Shown here: positions 23,315 through 36,768 of the stretch, one piece after another | Numbering within the stretch: the first letter of the stretch is position 1 | How the letters are laid out: the number at the start of each line of letters is the position of its first letter | DNA from: Vicugna vicugna | Lineage: Eukaryota | DNA: 64,000 bases | Reading direction: 5' to 3' | Assembly: GCA_013265495.1 (NCBI GenBank) | Contig: MU058844.1 | Location: forward strand, 2,583,520-2,647,519 | Translations under genes and position numbers: made by a program | The notes under the pieces: model-generated | Told to the model about the DNA's origin: nothing | The model's database searches: none | The model's input: only the letters and a program-made list of their open reading frames with translations

Positions 23315-24187
23315 TGTTAGACTGGTAATGCACATTATATCATAACTATTTGCCTAACTTTTAAAGAATGCTTTGGCCTTTTTAAAACTAGCATTCATTG
23401 AGTTTCTACTACATCCAAGTTATTATGCTTCTGCCTGGAAATAAAAGGAAAAATAAGACATTGCTGCTTTTAAGAATCCAACAATTTGAAAAGGAAGAGG
23501 GAAACACAAAACCACAAAGCACTATGTCGTAAGTGAAATCATAAAAGCTTTTACAGACTAGGAATTCAGAAGAAGGAACAATTAACTTTTCCAAAGTGTC
23601 TCAGGGAAATCTTCATTGACAAGATGACATGAACTGAGGATTTCTGGATTAGTTACTATTTGCTAAGAAAGTCAAGCAGTCACTTCTAGTAGAGCCAAAA
23701 GCATGTAAAAAGGTACTGATAGAAGAAAGTGTATGAATGATTGGCAAAATCAACATTGTATGTATCTCTATTATCCCAATGTCCTTGGACTATGCTCTAT
23801 AGATAATTATGTTGAAGACAGTAATAAAAATTATGATGATGGTAAATATTTGCTGAACACTCGCCAGGTTAACTCACAAAAATCAATTTCCTAAAATTTA
23901 CTTTGTTGCATAATTAACTTTCTGAAATTCTGATTACTGATTTACTGGAAATAGTTTTAAGTGCTTTAACAGGAATATTCTACTTCTGAATCTGAGTATA
24001 TTTAGTATTCATCACTGGATAAGGAAATTTTTTTCAAAACTTTTTGTGACTTCTTTGTCAATATCTTAATATTTTCTAGCACTTTAAAAACTTTTAAGTA
24101 ATGTTTATATATCTTCTCATACATACTCATGATTAAAGGTGATCATATTTGAGATAACATTCTTTATAATACGTGCAAATTACTTAC

Positions 24188-24500
24188 CTGTTGCCTCTCA
24201 ACTCTAAACCAACCATTCTATACTGTGCTTTGAGATGCAGGCACGGAGGCTCTGTAAAATACCTTCCTGCTCCTTAAGCCAGCTCCCCATCATGCTGTGG
24301 GAGTGGGAGAATGCAAGGGGAGTGAAGAAATAAGGGACTTGTTCTTTCTTGTTTTCTTTCTGCTTTCTTTCTATTCCTGTCATGGTTGCTTTTTCATCTC
24401 AGCAGAATCAGTTATTTCCAGGAACAACACTTGAATCCAGTTTGCTGTTTTTCTAACACCGACCAGAAGTAGATAGTTTGGCACTGAAGCTCTCCTCAAG
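24188..24500. mobile_element. LTR41-like ERVL LTR fragment
   Basis: 'tgcctctcaactctaaaccaaccattctatactgtgctttgagatgcagg' resembles the LTR41 consensus from memory. Confidence 0.5.
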
Positions 24501-24624
24501 AAGTGGTACTGTAGCAATGGTTTGTAAACTTACCGGGTTACGAAATTCTTGGGGGGAACAATTTATTCAAAACACATTCTGTGAACTATACTTACTCTCA
24601 ACAACATGACCAATGTATGTTTAA

Positions 24625-24860
24625 TAATAATGTTCACTGAGTGTCTATTATTGGCAGAATCATTCTAATTCAAAAAATGCCCATGACTACTCACTGAGGC
24701 AGGTATTATCGTTATACCAGTTTCACATACTAAAAAATTTTGGACTGAGACAAGAAGGGTTAGGTGTCTTGCCCCAAATTATTGAGCTCCTAAGTAGCAG
24801 AGCTAGGATTCAAATCCAGAATTTGAAAATGTAACTAGCCACTACATTATACTGCCACTT
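24625..24860 (-). mobile_element. MIR SINE
   Basis: 'tgaggcaggtattatcgttataccagtttcacatac...cttgccccaaatt...taagtagcagagctaggattcaaatccag'. Confidence 0.75.
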
Positions 24861-27147
24861 ATATTACTGTAGCTGATTCAACAGAGGTTGAATACCACAA
24901 GCAGAGTTATCAATAATTGTTACTTAGCAATAGCTTAGGAGGAAAAACAGAATGAGACTTTGAACTAAAGCAGTGGCAATAGGAATAGAGAAAAGAGTAT
25001 AGAGTCAAATAACCAGCAGAGGGGAAATGAGGAGATCTCAGTAACCTATTGGATGTGGAGGGTAAAGAGGAGAGAACGACAGAACAATTGTATTATCATC
25101 ACCAGCACCCAAATCTTAGCCATTCATTTAGTTCTCAGATCTGCATGGTACCAGGGGGGTGGCTGGGCTGGCAGGGTTTTGCTCAGATGTCTGCCTTCAC
25201 CTGGAAGGCTGCTGTGAGTTAATTCTGTTGATTTTGGCTAAACTTTCTCCTGTTTCTGGGGCCTTAGCATGGATCCAGGGATTCCGCCATATTGACAAGT
25301 GCGGTTTCTACTTTGAATGGCTAGTAGGACATCAAAAACAAGAGAAAGGAGCAAATCTGAGAGGTAAAATGAACAAAAATATTAGTGCTGATTGGGACAT
25401 ATTAAACTTGAAGTAAGGTAAGTGGAGATATCTCATGGGCATTGAAATTTGGGTCTGAAGGTTGAGAGAAAAAGAAAACTTCTAGAAATAGGGACATGGA
25501 AATTAATAATAAAAGCCATAGGTTTCTGTAGTATCATTCATGGAGCCTCTGTCGAGCAGAAGTCAGGACCATCCTGAAACTGGCCAATAATTCTGCTATA
25601 TTTTACTTCTAGTACCTTAGGTAACCTAGTAATGGCTATCTGTGAAAGGACCATTTAATACTATTGGGATTAAATGAGCATGATTGTTATATAGTCTTTC
25701 TACATAATTAGATGCATTTGACTCATCTTTCAGGAAAAATAATTTTTTTTCTACAGAAGAAGAAACTAGAGAGAAGAAGCAGAGATAAGATGATCTTCAA
25801 TTATCAATAGCTACATAAGGGAAACACTAGTGATAGAAGAGACTGAGATTTCATTTGCTTAGAAACATCTTCCTAACATTGAGGGCATGATGATGGTGTG
25901 GATTGATGGAAATCTTTTTGAGCATGTTTGTACTTCAGAGATTCAAGGGAATGTAGTAAGTAATTTCTTATGGTATGTACTAATCCCATCACTCCACAAA
26001 ACCAGTTTAATCATGGGCCCTAAGGAATTTGTCTATCACTACTTTGGTGTAATAAATACCATATTTAGAGCCCATATTTTAGGAAGCATTCTTGAATTTC
26101 CTAATTTGAAGCTGAAGCAGATGATTGAACTTAAAGGTTAATAACAAGCATAAAAACGAACACATATTTTAAGTATATGAAAGCATTTTAATAGTCCTTA
26201 CCATTATTTCTTGCAATTATATAATCTCTATTTTTGAATAATTAGCATATATACATACCCCAAACCCTGACACATATTTTGGCATAATGGGAATGACAGC
26301 CAAGGGTTTTTCTTTTTTAATTTTCTTATATTTGGCCATCCTCATCAATAATATTCTAGAGGCATGCATTTGCCTCATAGAGAATCAGAATTGTGCAACT
26401 TGTATACAAAGGGAAAGAGTCAAATTCTGGCTTTTGCATCTGGAGTAAAAATTCTTTGGCCTATATCAAAACAATAATTTTGTAAATCAAGCTATGTTAA
26501 GAAATACAGACCATAAATTCTTTTAACTGCTATAACATAATGACATTTAAGCTTGCCAACTATATCATGGATTTTGCTATCTCTAAACTAAAGATGGAGG
26601 GAATCCAGATCATGACAAAAAGAAAGATTGGTGGGGGAAGCACATTTCTTTGGGCTTAGAGTATTATAAGAATAAGAAAGGAAATATGGGAAGCAGACAG
26701 TTAGAACTGTGTGCCTGACTGCCCTTAGCATGCAGCACAGATTGATGGGAAACCAAGAGCAAAATACTGTGTGCTTGGCTTTCTACTTGAAACCCTGGGG
26801 GGAGACTACCGTGCAGTGTGGCACAGCCCAAACCTGAGGGCTGATGGCCCAGCACAGCCAAAAGAGGTGTTTGATAGATAAGTATGAAGTAGCACACACA
26901 AATCTCCATGATCTGCATATAGTACAGATATGTCATGCTTAAGACAAAGTAGAGGTCTTCCGATGGCCAGTGATCAGGACAGAGAGGCAAAAGTGCAGAA
27001 TCTCTGCATCAGAGACAAACAGTAAAGACTATAGACTCCAGTAATAAGAATCAGCATGATGCCTGAAAATATCATGTGCACCCCAGTGGTCATTAGTCAG
27101 ACTAGATTATTTCACTATAAGAAGGAGCCAAGATCAAGAAGTTATGA

Positions 27148-27298
27148 AATATATACAGGATTTTGTGGTGGCTCACAGTGGAGAATGTGACAATGAAAGT
27201 ATGTATGTTCATGTATAACTGAAAAATTGTGCTCTACACTGGAATTTGACAACATTGTAAAATGACTATAACTCAATAAAAAATGCTTATTAAAAAAA
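27148..27298 (+). mobile_element. ~151-bp L1 3'-end insertion with 12-bp TSD
   Basis: Homologous to 43338-43470 (gctcacag...tgtataactgaaaaattgtgctctacactgg...caacattgtaaaatgactataactcaataaaaaa) with an A-tail. TSD AAGAAGT(T/C)ATGA at 27136-27147 / 27299-27310. Confidence 0.9.
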
Positions 27299-27319
27299 AA
27301 GAAGTCATGACATGGACCC

Positions 27320-27784
27320 TGTATTAGCCTCCTATTGCTGCTGTAATAAATGACCCCAATCAATCTATTCCCTTATAGCTTTAGAGGGCAGATGTCCAAA
27401 GTGGGTCTCATCGGGCTAAAATCAAGCTATTGACAGGGCTACACGTCACTCTGGAGACTTCAGATGAGAATCCATTTCCTTGCTCACTACAGCTTCAGGA
27501 GACTGGGCACTCTTTGGCTCATGGTCCCTGTCATCATCCTTTTTCACCCTGTGTCACTTGGGTACTGACTCTCCTACCTCTCTTCCATTTGTAAGAACCC
27601 TCATGATTACACTGAGCCCACCTGGATCATCCTGGATAATCTCTCTACTTCAAAATCAGCTGATTAGCAAGCTTAATTCCATCTATAATTGTAATTCCAC
27701 CTTGTACTGTATTTTAGTTCATTCACAGGTTCTGGGTATTAGAGTATGGGTATTTGGGGGGGGGGCCATTATTTTGCCAACTCA
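27320..27784 (-). mobile_element. MaLR LTR (MLT1C-like), near full length
   Basis: 'tgtattagcctcctattgctgctgtaataaatgac...gggctaaaatcaag...attcacaggttctgggtattagagtatgggtatttgggggggggccattattttgcc'. Confidence 0.85.
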
Positions 27785-29824
27785 GTGCTGATGAATTTTT
27801 TTTAATCTTTAACTTGACCTGAATGCATCCCCAGACACCATCTTGGGACAAAAGAGGGGGAAAAGGAAGTAATATAAAAATCAGACTTTCTCAAAAAAAG
27901 AATGAGTCATGCCAATGAGAGTGTTTAAAGCTTAAGAGAAATGCCATTGATTGCCTTGTTTAGAATTTATTTCCCTCTTTGTTCCTCACTGCAGCCACCT
28001 CCACTTTCCAATCACTTTCCAACAGGATAGAGGCTCTTGAAGAAGCTTAGATCAATTACAAAACAAAGCAGCTATTTTCCTTACACACTGGAAGAGTGGG
28101 AGTTAAATTTTTGAATCTGCAACATTATTGTTAACCACAATAATGTCCCTTAATAATAACTTTTAAAACATAATAGATTTACTTGACACTACACAGACTA
28201 TTTAATAAGAAATTCAAGCATTGTTATTTGACAGATGAGGTTCTCATCTGTTAACAGACTCGCCCATAAAACGAAATAACAGGAGTTTGAAGTGAGGACA
28301 AGAACTCTGAGTCACTGGCCTCTAGCTCAGAGTTACTGTCCTGAGCAAAGGATTTAAATGAATTACAACTTACATATTTATAATAGATGGTCCTCTTAAA
28401 TTTTCAGGAAAACTCTCACTTTGTTTACCAGAACTAAACAATAGAGGTGGAAAACTAAATGTAAACCAAATCTGTAGCCCACTGCCTAGGCCCTCCACAG
28501 ATACTTGCTTAAACATATATATGAAACATTGAGGAGAGAAAAGCAAGTTAAGAGAGAGATAAGTACATCCTGAGACAATGTCAAAAGAGGTGCATTTAAA
28601 GAAAAAAATGTAGAGGTGTTGGCAGTTTTATGAAGTTATTGTGGGTGGAAAGTAAAAAAGTATTTCAGAAAATAAACCAGAGAGAAAATTTCAAAGTCTA
28701 AATCCAAAGAGTGGCACTGAGCTGTGAAATTAAGAAGAGAAATTTCCAGCAGCACACAAAAGAGTCAAAGTGGTAGTAATGAGGGCTTATCATTACCCAG
28801 GTATGTACCTGAGTACATTAAGGTGATGGAAAGGTAGCTGAAGAGCATCTCTGATGCTGGTACAGAGAAAAAAGAGAGTGCCCTTTTCTTTAATTTGCAA
28901 ATTAACGACACAAAAAGAAAACAGTGTTATTCACTTTTAACCACTTTCCTTCACTGCACAAGGACTTTTTCTCAAAATCCATCAAAGGATAGAAAACAGG
29001 ACCCAGATTCTTAAAGGCCACCAAGGTAAGTAACAGCCAGGGAGAAAGATAGTAAAAATTATGTTAGAATCCTAAATTAAATTAGAAGCATTCTGAACTG
29101 TGATGAGAGAAGGAAAGTATATTCTAGTACTTACTAAGTACAAAACAAAAATTATAATGAATAGGTTTTTCTGAGTTCCACTTGTTAGTCATACTCTGCA
29201 ATGGTTTGAAAGATGTCATTCTGTTTCAACTAATTTGTCCTAGACCTCATGTGGAATCCATTATAGAAAGCATTATCTAGTCTTAATTTAATTACCCTCT
29301 GAGCACATATGGCTTGTGAGTACTCCAGAATTCTCCAAAGATGGTCCTTCTTCAGGACCAGTTTTTACATACACACAGTTTAGGCTCAGTGGTTTTACTC
29401 ACGTATCACTATACTCATTTTGTCAAATTTTTGCTGTTTTATCAAGAATTGTAGTTGACAACATATCACTCCTATAGCTACCCTATGATCCTTTTATTAA
29501 TACAATTTGATTATCTACTGAAAAGATATTCTAGAAGCTTATGCTTTTTTCTTAGAAAGAATAATGTAAAGTTCTATAAAAAGTTTGGAGATTTTTTTCT
29601 TTACCCAGAGAAATATTACATATTAAGTATTTTCAAATTAATATATTGTAATAAACATAAACAAGGTGATTTAATGTATTATTTGTTTTAAAAACTTTCT
29701 AACATCTTTTGTTCTCATATTTGCAACTATACATAGATATCTAATAATATCTAATATTTTATATAAGCATTAAGCACAATGTCAAGTGCACACACGCACG
29801 CACACACACATACACATATATGTG

Positions 29825-29960
29825 AAAAGAGTGTTGTCTAGGAAGGTTATAAGAAGAGAACATTTGAACAAAGACTTGAAGAAAGTGAGTGACTGAGCTT
29901 AGGTGGGTATCTGGAGCCAGGGCCCTCCAAGCAAAGGGAAAGGCATAGTTCCTAGTCATA
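29825..29960 (-). mobile_element. L2 fragment
   Basis: 'gaacatttgaacaaagacttgaagaaagtgagtgactgagc...ccaagcaaagggaaaggc' is typical antisense L2. Confidence 0.65.
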
Positions 29961-30339
29961 ATTGGTGCTCAAGAAATGAATAATTTCTTAACTGTTTAGC
30001 TAGCTCAATTCAATCAATGAGTATCTTTTTCTAAGTCCCTCAACCTTTAAATTTGTTAGGTATAAGTAATAGGAACTTACTCTATCTCTTTTGAAAGCTA
30101 TGAGAATCAACTCTATGATATATATAAAGCATACGTGGTGGGAGTAATCAGAAAAAATACCATGCACTTTCTGCAATCTTTCTATTAGAATCATTCTTTA
30201 AATTAAATGCATTTAATCAAGATGAGTGTCTTTTCCCTCAACCAGAGACTAGGCATTAATATAATTAGTATAGATTCTAATTCCAAGAGCAATTATATGC
30301 ATTACATAACTTGAAATCTTCTTGCTACATTCACCTAGA

Positions 30340-31140
30340 AAGATTACCTTAAATACAGCAGTAGTAACAGTAAGAATGCCTTTTATACCCATTTGATTGA
30401 TAAAATAATAAAAAAAAAAGTAAAATGTAACAATACCAAACGTTAGCAAGGATGTGAGCATAGGAGACTGCTATACACTGCTGGTGCGAGTATAAAGTGA
30501 CACAACTTCTTTGACGAGTATATGGTATAATCTAGCAAATAAGCAGATACCTGAATCACAATATGAGTGTATTCTTCAACTCTGCAGTTATAATCTAGGT
30601 ATATAAATTTCAAAGATAGATAGATAGATAGGTAGACAGACAGATAAAATAGTTGATATAGAAAGAGAGGAGGAAACAATGAAAAAAAAGAAGGATAAAG
30701 AATGTTCTTTGCAAAAATTTTTTATAATAATTTGAAAAATAAAATCCCATACACCAAAAAGGAGGACAAAGGAACTGTGTCACTTTCACAGGATGTGATA
30801 AATAGTTATCTAATAGCACTGATAAATATCAAAATACAGCATTTTATGAATAACAAAGTTAAGGATATATATGTATAGTTTAACACCATTTATATAAAAG
30901 TGTACAAATAGGCAAAACAATATAACATCACATTTGTGTATATGTACATGTATGGTAATGACATAAGTTATGCAAGGTAATGATGAACCCCAAAGAAAGA
31001 ATATCTCCTTCGAGATAAATATGGCCAAAAGCTAAGCTTTGACAAAGCTGCACGGTACCTATGTTCATGAGTCTTTGCCACATTAGTGGCAAAAGTACCT
31101 TGTAGTACTTTGTAAGCTTGAATTTTTTTTTCTAAAATAA
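30340..31140 (+). mobile_element. Ancient L1 (L1ME-type) 3' region, with (GATA)n at ~30614-30646
   Basis: 'aacaataccaaacgttagcaaggatgtgagc...ctatacactgctggtgcgagtataaa...acaacttctttg' is the decayed ORF2 C-terminus, followed by AT-rich 3' UTR. Confidence 0.65.
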
Positions 31141-31279
31141 AACCAGTATTGCATTTTTATGAAGATGGAAGTCCCCGTGGTTGAACAGGCAAAAATTCAC
31201 AAACATGGTACACACTGAGTTTAAAGGGCAAGAGACGTCTCCTTCTACTTGAGAATGGAATCTTCCTTCACCATTGGTT

Positions 31280-31500
31280 GGGACAGTACTGTGCTGCGCA
31301 TTGTTCCAAGTGCTTTACACCTATCATCTCATTTAATCCTTGTGACAATTCTCTGTGGAAGACACTACCATTTCTCCCTCTTATACACAGGGAACTGCAA
31401 CAGAGAAAGGTAAGTAACTTGGCCAGTGTCACATAGCTAATAAATTGGGGCACTAGAATTTAAATCAGAGAGTCTGAATTCTCAACCTGTCACAAACTAC
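31280..31500 (-). mobile_element. MIR SINE
   Basis: 'aagtgctttacacctatcatctcatttaatccttgtgacaattct...aggtaagtaacttggccagtgtcacatagctaataaattggg'. Confidence 0.85.
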
Positions 31501-31511
31501 GCTAATTAAAG

Positions 31512-31655
31512 CAGCAATTCTTAAGTGTGTTCCAGGGTCCAGCAGCACCAGCATTACCTGGGAATTAGAAATGCAAATTATTGAGCCTCACCCTAGACCT
31601 ACTGAATCAGAAACTCTGGGACTGAGCTTAGCAAATGTTATTTATAACAGGTCTC
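31512..31655. mobile_element. MER5A hAT-Charlie MITE
   Basis: 'ccagcagcaccagcattacctgggaattagaaatgcaaattattgagcctcaccctagacctactgaatcagaaactctggg'. Confidence 0.88.
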
Positions 31656-31993
31656 TCACTGTGTGAAAGCAATCTACAGGCTTACAGACCCCACAAATTG
31701 GAAAACTAAAAAGGAAATTAGATTGTATCTTTCTCCACTGTTTTCAGTTCAGCTGAGACCTGATGCTACTTGAATTACACTTTTAAATTGTGTGTGAGCT
31801 ACAGAGGAGTTGCAAGAATTGATGTATCTACTTGGGAATGAAGTGAAGTTTTTGTGATGGGAGGGCACAAACTTCAGAGAGAGAAATTTGAGTAAGAGAA
31901 TCGTGTTAACCTGAAGCTAGGAAACTCAGGTTAACATAAAGAGAAGATTTCATGTGAGACCCCCTCCACCCCATGAATTTCAATCTATAGATC

Positions 31994-32323
31994 TGTAAAA
32001 AATTAATAGAAAGCTAAATTAAACAGCGCTGGAAACCCAAAAGGGGGAGCTCTCATGCCCTGCTATAATAGCGGAGCCCAACAGGAAGAAAAAAGATTCT
32101 TCTTTCCTGGCAAAGACTCAGCCAATTAAAAGCCATGGACACCTCGTTTACTGCAGCCTTCTCACCTCCCTTTTCTTGTCTAATAGTGCTTCCTTCTTTT
32201 ACTGTGTGGGGACTGGCATATGAATTGTCATGATTGCAGACCCTAAATTGTAATTCTCTGGTGATCCCCAATAAACACATCTTTGGTGGAGAAATATCTG
32301 GCAGTCTGTTTGTTTCTGATCCA
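31994..32323 (+). mobile_element. ERV1-type solo LTR (~330 bp, family uncertain)
   Basis: Begins TGTAAAAA; CCAAT ('ctcagccaatt'); AATAAA near the 3' end followed by U5-like 'catctttggtggagaaatatctggcagtctgtttgttt'. GATC occurs at both edges (31990-31993 / 32318-32321) as a possible TSD. Confidence 0.6.
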
Positions 32324-33949
32324 TGGATTCTTTCTTAATAGGAGACTTAAGAAAAACCATATTAGCTCAAATTGATAGCTTTGTCCTGTGAGCCACGTGC
32401 ATTCTGAAACTAAACAATCTTTTCCAATAAAGAAATGTGCATTAACTAGTGGAATCTGATCTGGTAATACTGTAAACTTCATAGAAACAATGCAGTGAAG
32501 AGGAAGAGGGACTGGAGCTTTTGCAATATAATGTCCCCTACTCTTACTGCAAGTTCCTAAAAACACTGGCCCATTGAGTGTCCTATGTAGTAAAGTGTGG
32601 CACTGAAAGTGAAGTCAAGTGTAGAGAGAAGCCTATGACCCTGGTAAAGCATTCTGGAAAGAATACACACTAGGGAATAAATCCAACTGTTGTATTGCTC
32701 CCATGAGTCAGAGCATACTGGGGTGGATTTCCCTTATGTGTTTTGTTTGATGTAGCATTATACTAGCAGGGGCTGGTTCAGATGATTCACATAAGCATGC
32801 ACTGTGAGGAAGAAAGGAAAACAAAAAGAACTTTCTTCATGGGAGATTTTGTTATTCAACAAAAAATCTGAAACTTTTCTTTGGTGGGGAGGGCTCACAA
32901 TTTATATAATCCTTCTGCTTCCAGCCAACTTATTATTTTGTGTGTGTGTGATTATTTTTGCTGTTGTTTTTAATGGTTATGATATGAAAGAGAGGGAGTC
33001 TTTCCATCACCTTGACCCCACTTTGTACCCACTTAGACTAATACATTTTAAATAGATTTACAGTGAAAATATTCAGCAGATAATTCTCTCCAGGACAGGC
33101 ATCCCTTCCTCTCTCCAACCTTTGAAGACACTTAAGTATATTAACAGGGAATGGATAAGATTCTATCCAAAGAGACAGTGATTCAACAAAAAGCCTGTCT
33201 TCTCCTGGAATTAGTCCCACTTTGCCTTGCACACCCAGTGGCTCAAATTTGTGCCTTTTGCAATCCTTTGCTCAGCACATGTTCATCCGCTGAATATGGT
33301 CATTTAAATGTGAGTGAAAGTGCATCCTTTTGAAAATATGGCATGATTACATACAATTCGTACAAAAACCTTGGGAAAGGGTTGATTTGGCAATGCTACC
33401 TGAAACTTTTATTCTCTCTTAAGGTAGGCAAGAGAAGCATTTTGTATCTTATTCTTTATTTGCTACTTTAAAATTATTCTCCAACCCTGTAAAATTTTCT
33501 TATTTCTTAAGAGTGTTCCTTTGACTTTCTTCTGAATGTTTATTGAGCATCAGGTACTTTGCACACATGTTTCTCATGTTACTAAGATAGTAGATATTAA
33601 GATTCAAATGGATTTGCTAAAACCATGCAGCTAGAAAATATTACAGTTGGATTTTGGAGCCAAGGTCAGGGTGGCACATTCTGCAGGCCTCTCTACTAGA
33701 TCACACCACCTCCCAGATGCAAAAACCTAATAACGATATCCAAGCACATTTTTAGGACCCCAAAGACCAAGAATAAGTTGTATCAGCTTTGTGTCATGAA
33801 GGTAAGCTATAACCTTTTCATATTTGGCCACTTTTTTGATGACCTGGTTATCAACATGTGTTCTAATCAGGACTAAACATTTTCTCACTGATGAATCTTG
33901 TGACTCTGCCTACCATGAAATAGCCAAATGTCAAAAACCTATGTACTTA

Positions 33950-34690
33950 CTACCCAGCTATTATTTCATACATATACACACATAGATGTAATTTTAGCCT
34001 CCTGCATATCCCTCTTCATCTAATTATTTTCTCGTATTCTCCAAAGATAACCATTGTCCTAAAGTTGGAGGCTATCAATCTCATACATATTCTCAAACTT
34101 TAGCTAAATATGTATCTGTGTAATTCAGATTTCCTGCTATCATAATTAACATTGCAATAAACTTTCTTGTACAACTCCCATTTGTGCACACGAGGGTTTC
34201 TCTAAATCTTAGTAGTCCATGTGTTAGCAGCATTGGCATCGGCATCGACTGGGAGCTTGTTAGAAATTCAGACTCTCAGGCTTCACTCCAGGCCTTATAA
34301 ATAGAACCTGCGTTCCTCCATTGGAAGATATCCCCAGGTGATTCAGAAACACATTAGATTTTGCAAAGCACTGTTTTAGGGCATGTAAAAAGGAGTGGAA
34401 TTGTTGAGAACACACACTTTATTAGATATGGCCAAACTGCTCTTCAAAATGTTTGTATCAGTATACAATAACACCAGAAGTCAGATTAAAATATTTTTGC
34501 CAGTCAGCTGAATATGAAATGCTATGTTAGTATTGCTTTGATTCATATTTCCCTCATTTCTAATGAGATTTGAAAATGTCTTCATATATCCGTTGCCTAT
34601 GGGTTCCTTCCATGAATTTCCTTGTCATATCCTGTGCCAAATTTTCTGTTGGTCTTTGGTTTGTATGCTTTATGTCATGTCAAAGTATCC
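33950..34690 (-). mobile_element. Ancient L1 (L1ME-type) fragments, antisense
   Basis: 'aacattgcaataaactttcttgtac', 'aaggagtggaattgttg', 'tatggccaaactgctcttcaaaatgtttgtatcagtatac', 'tttttgccagtcagctg', 'atatcctgtgccaaattttctgttgg'. Confidence 0.7.
34195..34373. mobile_element. MER5A-family MITE nested in L1ME
   Basis: 'gcagcattggcatc...ctgggagcttgttagaaattcagactctcaggc...atatccccaggtgattcagaaacacattagattttgcaaagcactg'. Confidence 0.85.
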
Positions 34691-36454
34691 TAAAGAGGTT
34701 TTTTAATCTTCATTTTCTTTTTTCTCTTCCTTCATCCTTCCTTCTCTGTCTCTTTGTTAGAAGAGGTTGCAGGAGATGGAGGTTATTCAGATATTCCAGT
34801 TGTCATGATGTCAGATGTGAACATTCATTACTAAAGTACTTTATTATTGTTTCCTCTAGCCAAGACAAAATAATAGTACCAACAACATTAAGAGCTTGTC
34901 TACAAGTGAACAGAACAGAATTTGAAGCCAGTCCTGCCTGATTTCAAGACCCATGCTCAAAGGACCTTAATTTCCAATTGTTTCCTCTTGTGATCAAAAC
35001 ATTGTAATTACATTATAGCTGAAATCTACCATTCTTCCTCTCCTTCTTTAATACATAATATGCTAATATGTAATAGCATATAACATATACATTATATACA
35101 TGTTCAATAGATTATTTATGATATATGGCATGTATTTGTACATAATGTATATAGCAGTATATTTTTATAGCATTAATGTATAGCAAGGCTAACCTCTGAG
35201 ATACAGTCTTCAGTAAAGAGTAGGCAAGAGAGGAGTTCTAAAGCCATATTTTTATACCATTCTACTTCTATTAATATATTTTTAAACATTTCTTATAGTA
35301 ATCATCAATGACATCTGATAAACAAACAACATTGTTTATTTGCTTGTAATTGTTTTACTAAGCCACTCCCCTGACAATGCTGATTCTCTAGGTCTGGGCT
35401 GGGACCCTGATATCTGCAGATATATGTATTTTTACAGACACACAATTGAGTATCTTTCTATAAGCAAGTTTGGGGGGAAAAGCTTCTACTTCACAATTAA
35501 GAGATATCTGCTCCTTCTCACTTGAATATTGACCCAGCATAATTCAAAACATGCAGTAGGATCAGTGCAATGAGGCATATATTTTGGAAAGAACATTTTG
35601 GTTAGTGTTGCTCAGGAAGGAAATATCCTCCCACATCTCAAGGGGGTATCTTCCAGGCAAATGTCAAGGCAATTACAATTAGGATCCATTTAAACACAGC
35701 ACAGCTTACTGTCCTGTCTCAAAACACCGATAAAGTGGTGAATCAAAGTGCTGACTTGGTTTATGAGCCACTCACTCTCCCAGCACAGCTGCCACTTTTC
35801 TTATCTTTGTGTGACCTCTAAGCCGACTGCAGATAAGGGAGGGCTTTAAGGCAGCAGCTGTGGGCTCTACCAGAGCTGGGTTCACCGTTTTTCCTTCAAC
35901 TTTAATTTCAGTCCATGCGGCTCTTTCAGTTCTAACATCCTGGCTACATTCTCTGCACATCTGTAAACTTGTGCCTTATTCTTCATTTCAAAGTTATGAG
36001 ATGTCTATTTTGGAAAATAAGAATAATTGAAAAAAGCAGTGAATTTAATTTGATGTGACAGAAGAAAGCAATTGGAGAGGATATTATAACTATTCAAGTT
36101 TGCAGGAACTTTTTTATTGCCAATGAAGAAGTTTCTCAATTTGGACAAAAACACAAGCATGATGTGTTCTTGATAAGTGCTTCTCTTTCCAAATACCTAA
36201 AAATAGTTTACAATTCTCATACATTTATAAGAGTGCTGGTAAATGCCACCATTCCTTCATGAAAGAAGAAAAAGTGGTGAGAAAAGGAACATGCACAATG
36301 CAAGTGAAAGAATAATGGATTCCCAGGTACAGAGCATACCTAGTCCCATCAGTCAAGCTGTAAATATCCATCAAGTGACAAACAAAATAAAATACAGTAC
36401 TAGCTGCTGAAAGAAAGAGTGAAGGGCAGGGAATATAAGATAGTAATGGTCTGA

Positions 36455-36550
36455 TACATAGGTTGTTATAAGAATTAAATGAGTGAATATATCTAAAAGC
36501 ACCTAGAGCAGAGCTGGATACACAGAAAAAGCTCAATACATGCCTGTTGT
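36455..36550 (+). mobile_element. MIR 3' fragment
   Basis: 'cataggttgttataagaattaaatgagtgaatatatctaaaagcacctagagcagagctggatacacagaaaaagctcaatacatg'. Confidence 0.8.
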
Positions 36551-36768
36551 TTTCATTAGTTATTTTGCTCTAAGAAACTAAAGGTCAACACATGAAAACA
36601 TACCTAAAAGTAATCTACTCCAATATTAGAGGAAGGTTTTGCATATCCTACTTCCTTTTTACATCCCCAGCAACCAAATCAGGAGGTATCAACAATATCT
36701 ATAGAATTCAGTTGGAGTCGGCATAAACTAAATTACAATCAATGCTAGAGGCAATAGATTATATAGAA

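Noticed and set aside
23865..24600. Possible old DNA transposon with terminal inverted repeats flanking the LTR41-like fragment
   Set aside because: Similarity between the putative ends is too weak to support by eye.
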